A stretch of 64,000 bases of DNA from Anaerolineales bacterium (GTDB taxonomy: Bacteria > Chloroflexota > Anaerolineae > Anaerolineales > UBA4823): contig JBGSTO010000317.1 in the NCBI GenBank assembly GCA_041736465.1, positions 2,547 through 66,546 of the forward strand. The letters run 5' to 3'. The notes beneath the pieces are model-generated. The model ran no database searches and was not told the DNA's origin. It saw nothing but the letters and a program-made list of their open reading frames with translations. The position numbers and the translations under genes were made by a program. Positions 63,249 through 64,000 of the stretch are shown here, piece after piece; position 1 is the stretch's first letter, and each line of letters begins with the position of its first letter.

Positions 63249-64000
63249 TCACTTAAGACTCTCATTGAATTGGGCTGCCGGCTTTGATCGCATCGCCTGA
63301 GCAAACAGGAGCAGTACCGGCGAAAGGATCAACCCAGATAGAGAGAGTGCAGCACGAACAGAAAAAAGATTACCCACCGCACCCATCACCGGCCCTCCAG
63401 CAATTTGGCCGATTGCGTCTACCTGACTGCTCATCGAAATCACGGTAGCGCGCACACGCGAATCCAGGCTCTGGTTCACCCAACCGGTATAAATCGGGCC
63501 AATCAGGTCGCGGGTGATCGACACCATCCAGACGCAGAGCAGCGCCACCCAAAATCCGGTTGCCTGCGCCAGAATAAGCAGGCTCAAAACCAACAACGCG
63601 GTCAGTACCAGCAGCATCCGGGCGATGCTGGCAGCATTTTCCATATTCACCCAGCGGCGAACAACTTCTATCGCCGCTGCCGCCAGCACCAGGCTGCCGA
63701 TCTGGATAATACCAAACCAGCCTACAGTATCCAGGCGAATAAAATCGGGAAAAGAAAAACTGTCCAGCAGGTGTTTGGTCCATAAACGGTCGTAGCCTTC
63801 GCTGTACAAGCCATAGAACAAACCGATCAGTAAGATCGTCGCCAGGATGGGCCGCACACGAATCATGCCCAGCCCGCTGCGAAATGTATGCGAAATTTCC
63901 TTCCAGGAACTGCGCTCTTCAGAGCGGGTCACCTGAAATCCGGTTTCCGGCATCCACAAGATCAGGAGTAATCCCAGCAGGATAAACAGCATTCCCCCAG
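63249..64000 (-). CDS. MFS transporter, C-terminal half (gene truncated by the window edge)
   Basis: The reading frame is still open at the window end. It has about 6 TM helices of the MFS C-domain type. Confidence 0.7.
   Translation of the reverse strand, partial: GGMLFILLGLLLILWMPETGFQVTRSEERSSWKEISHTFRSGLGMIRVRPILATILLIGLFYGLYSEGYDRLWTKHLLDSFSFPDFIRLDTVGWFGIIQIGSLVLAAAAIEVVRRWVNMENAASIARMLLVLTALLVLSLLILAQATGFWVALLCVWMVSITRDLIGPIYTGWVNQSLDSRVRATVISMSSQVDAIGQIAGGPVMGAVGNLFSVRAALSLSGLILSPVLLLFAQAMRSKPAAQFNESLK

Overview
Gene-dense 64-kb chromosomal segment with about 62 protein genes and one tRNA-Glu. I found no rRNA, CRISPR array, transposase, integrase or phage genes, and no recognisable defence system. 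Bulk DNA is GC-rich: hand-counted 60-nt lines give 55-72 % GC. Gene content fits a monoderm-type lineage: a CdaA/CdaR c-di-AMP module, a KimA-like K+ transporter, DUF951, an MGDG-synthase-type GT, a split AccC/BCCP/PccB carboxylase and many lipoproteins with Pro/Thr linkers. My guess is Chloroflexota (Anaerolineae-like), which cannot be verified without a database search. Most of the window is housekeeping: katG, rplS, murI, lepB, der, coaE, rsmI, ilvE, pepF, kbl, a tyrA-like gene and acyl-CoA carboxylase. I did not find a clear-cut novel system. The observations most worth follow-up are listed here. (1) A PadR regulator sits with four uncharacterised membrane proteins (three are paralogues). 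The module is bracketed by a diverged ~55-nt direct repeat placed just after two different terminators, and the padR promoter carries a triple ACGGATA operator-like array. (2) A hairpin-containing repeat is placed identically, just upstream of the SD, in the 5' leaders of two unrelated minus-strand genes (13189-13278 and 30234-30298). (3) Three very large GT-C-fold membrane glycosyltransferase-like genes cluster together (23934-32439), and one of them is compositionally foreign. (4) A six-gene operon encodes two paralogous esterases, a sugar ABC importer and a DASS carrier. Its ABC core is strongly AT-shifted. (5) coaE is fused to a GNAT-like domain at the head of a coaE-cdaA-cdaR-der string. 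(6) A near-consensus CRP/FNR-type site lies at class-II distance in front of a small 4-Cys protein gene. All functional calls rest on motif recognition by eye. All regulatory calls are sequence-pattern predictions.
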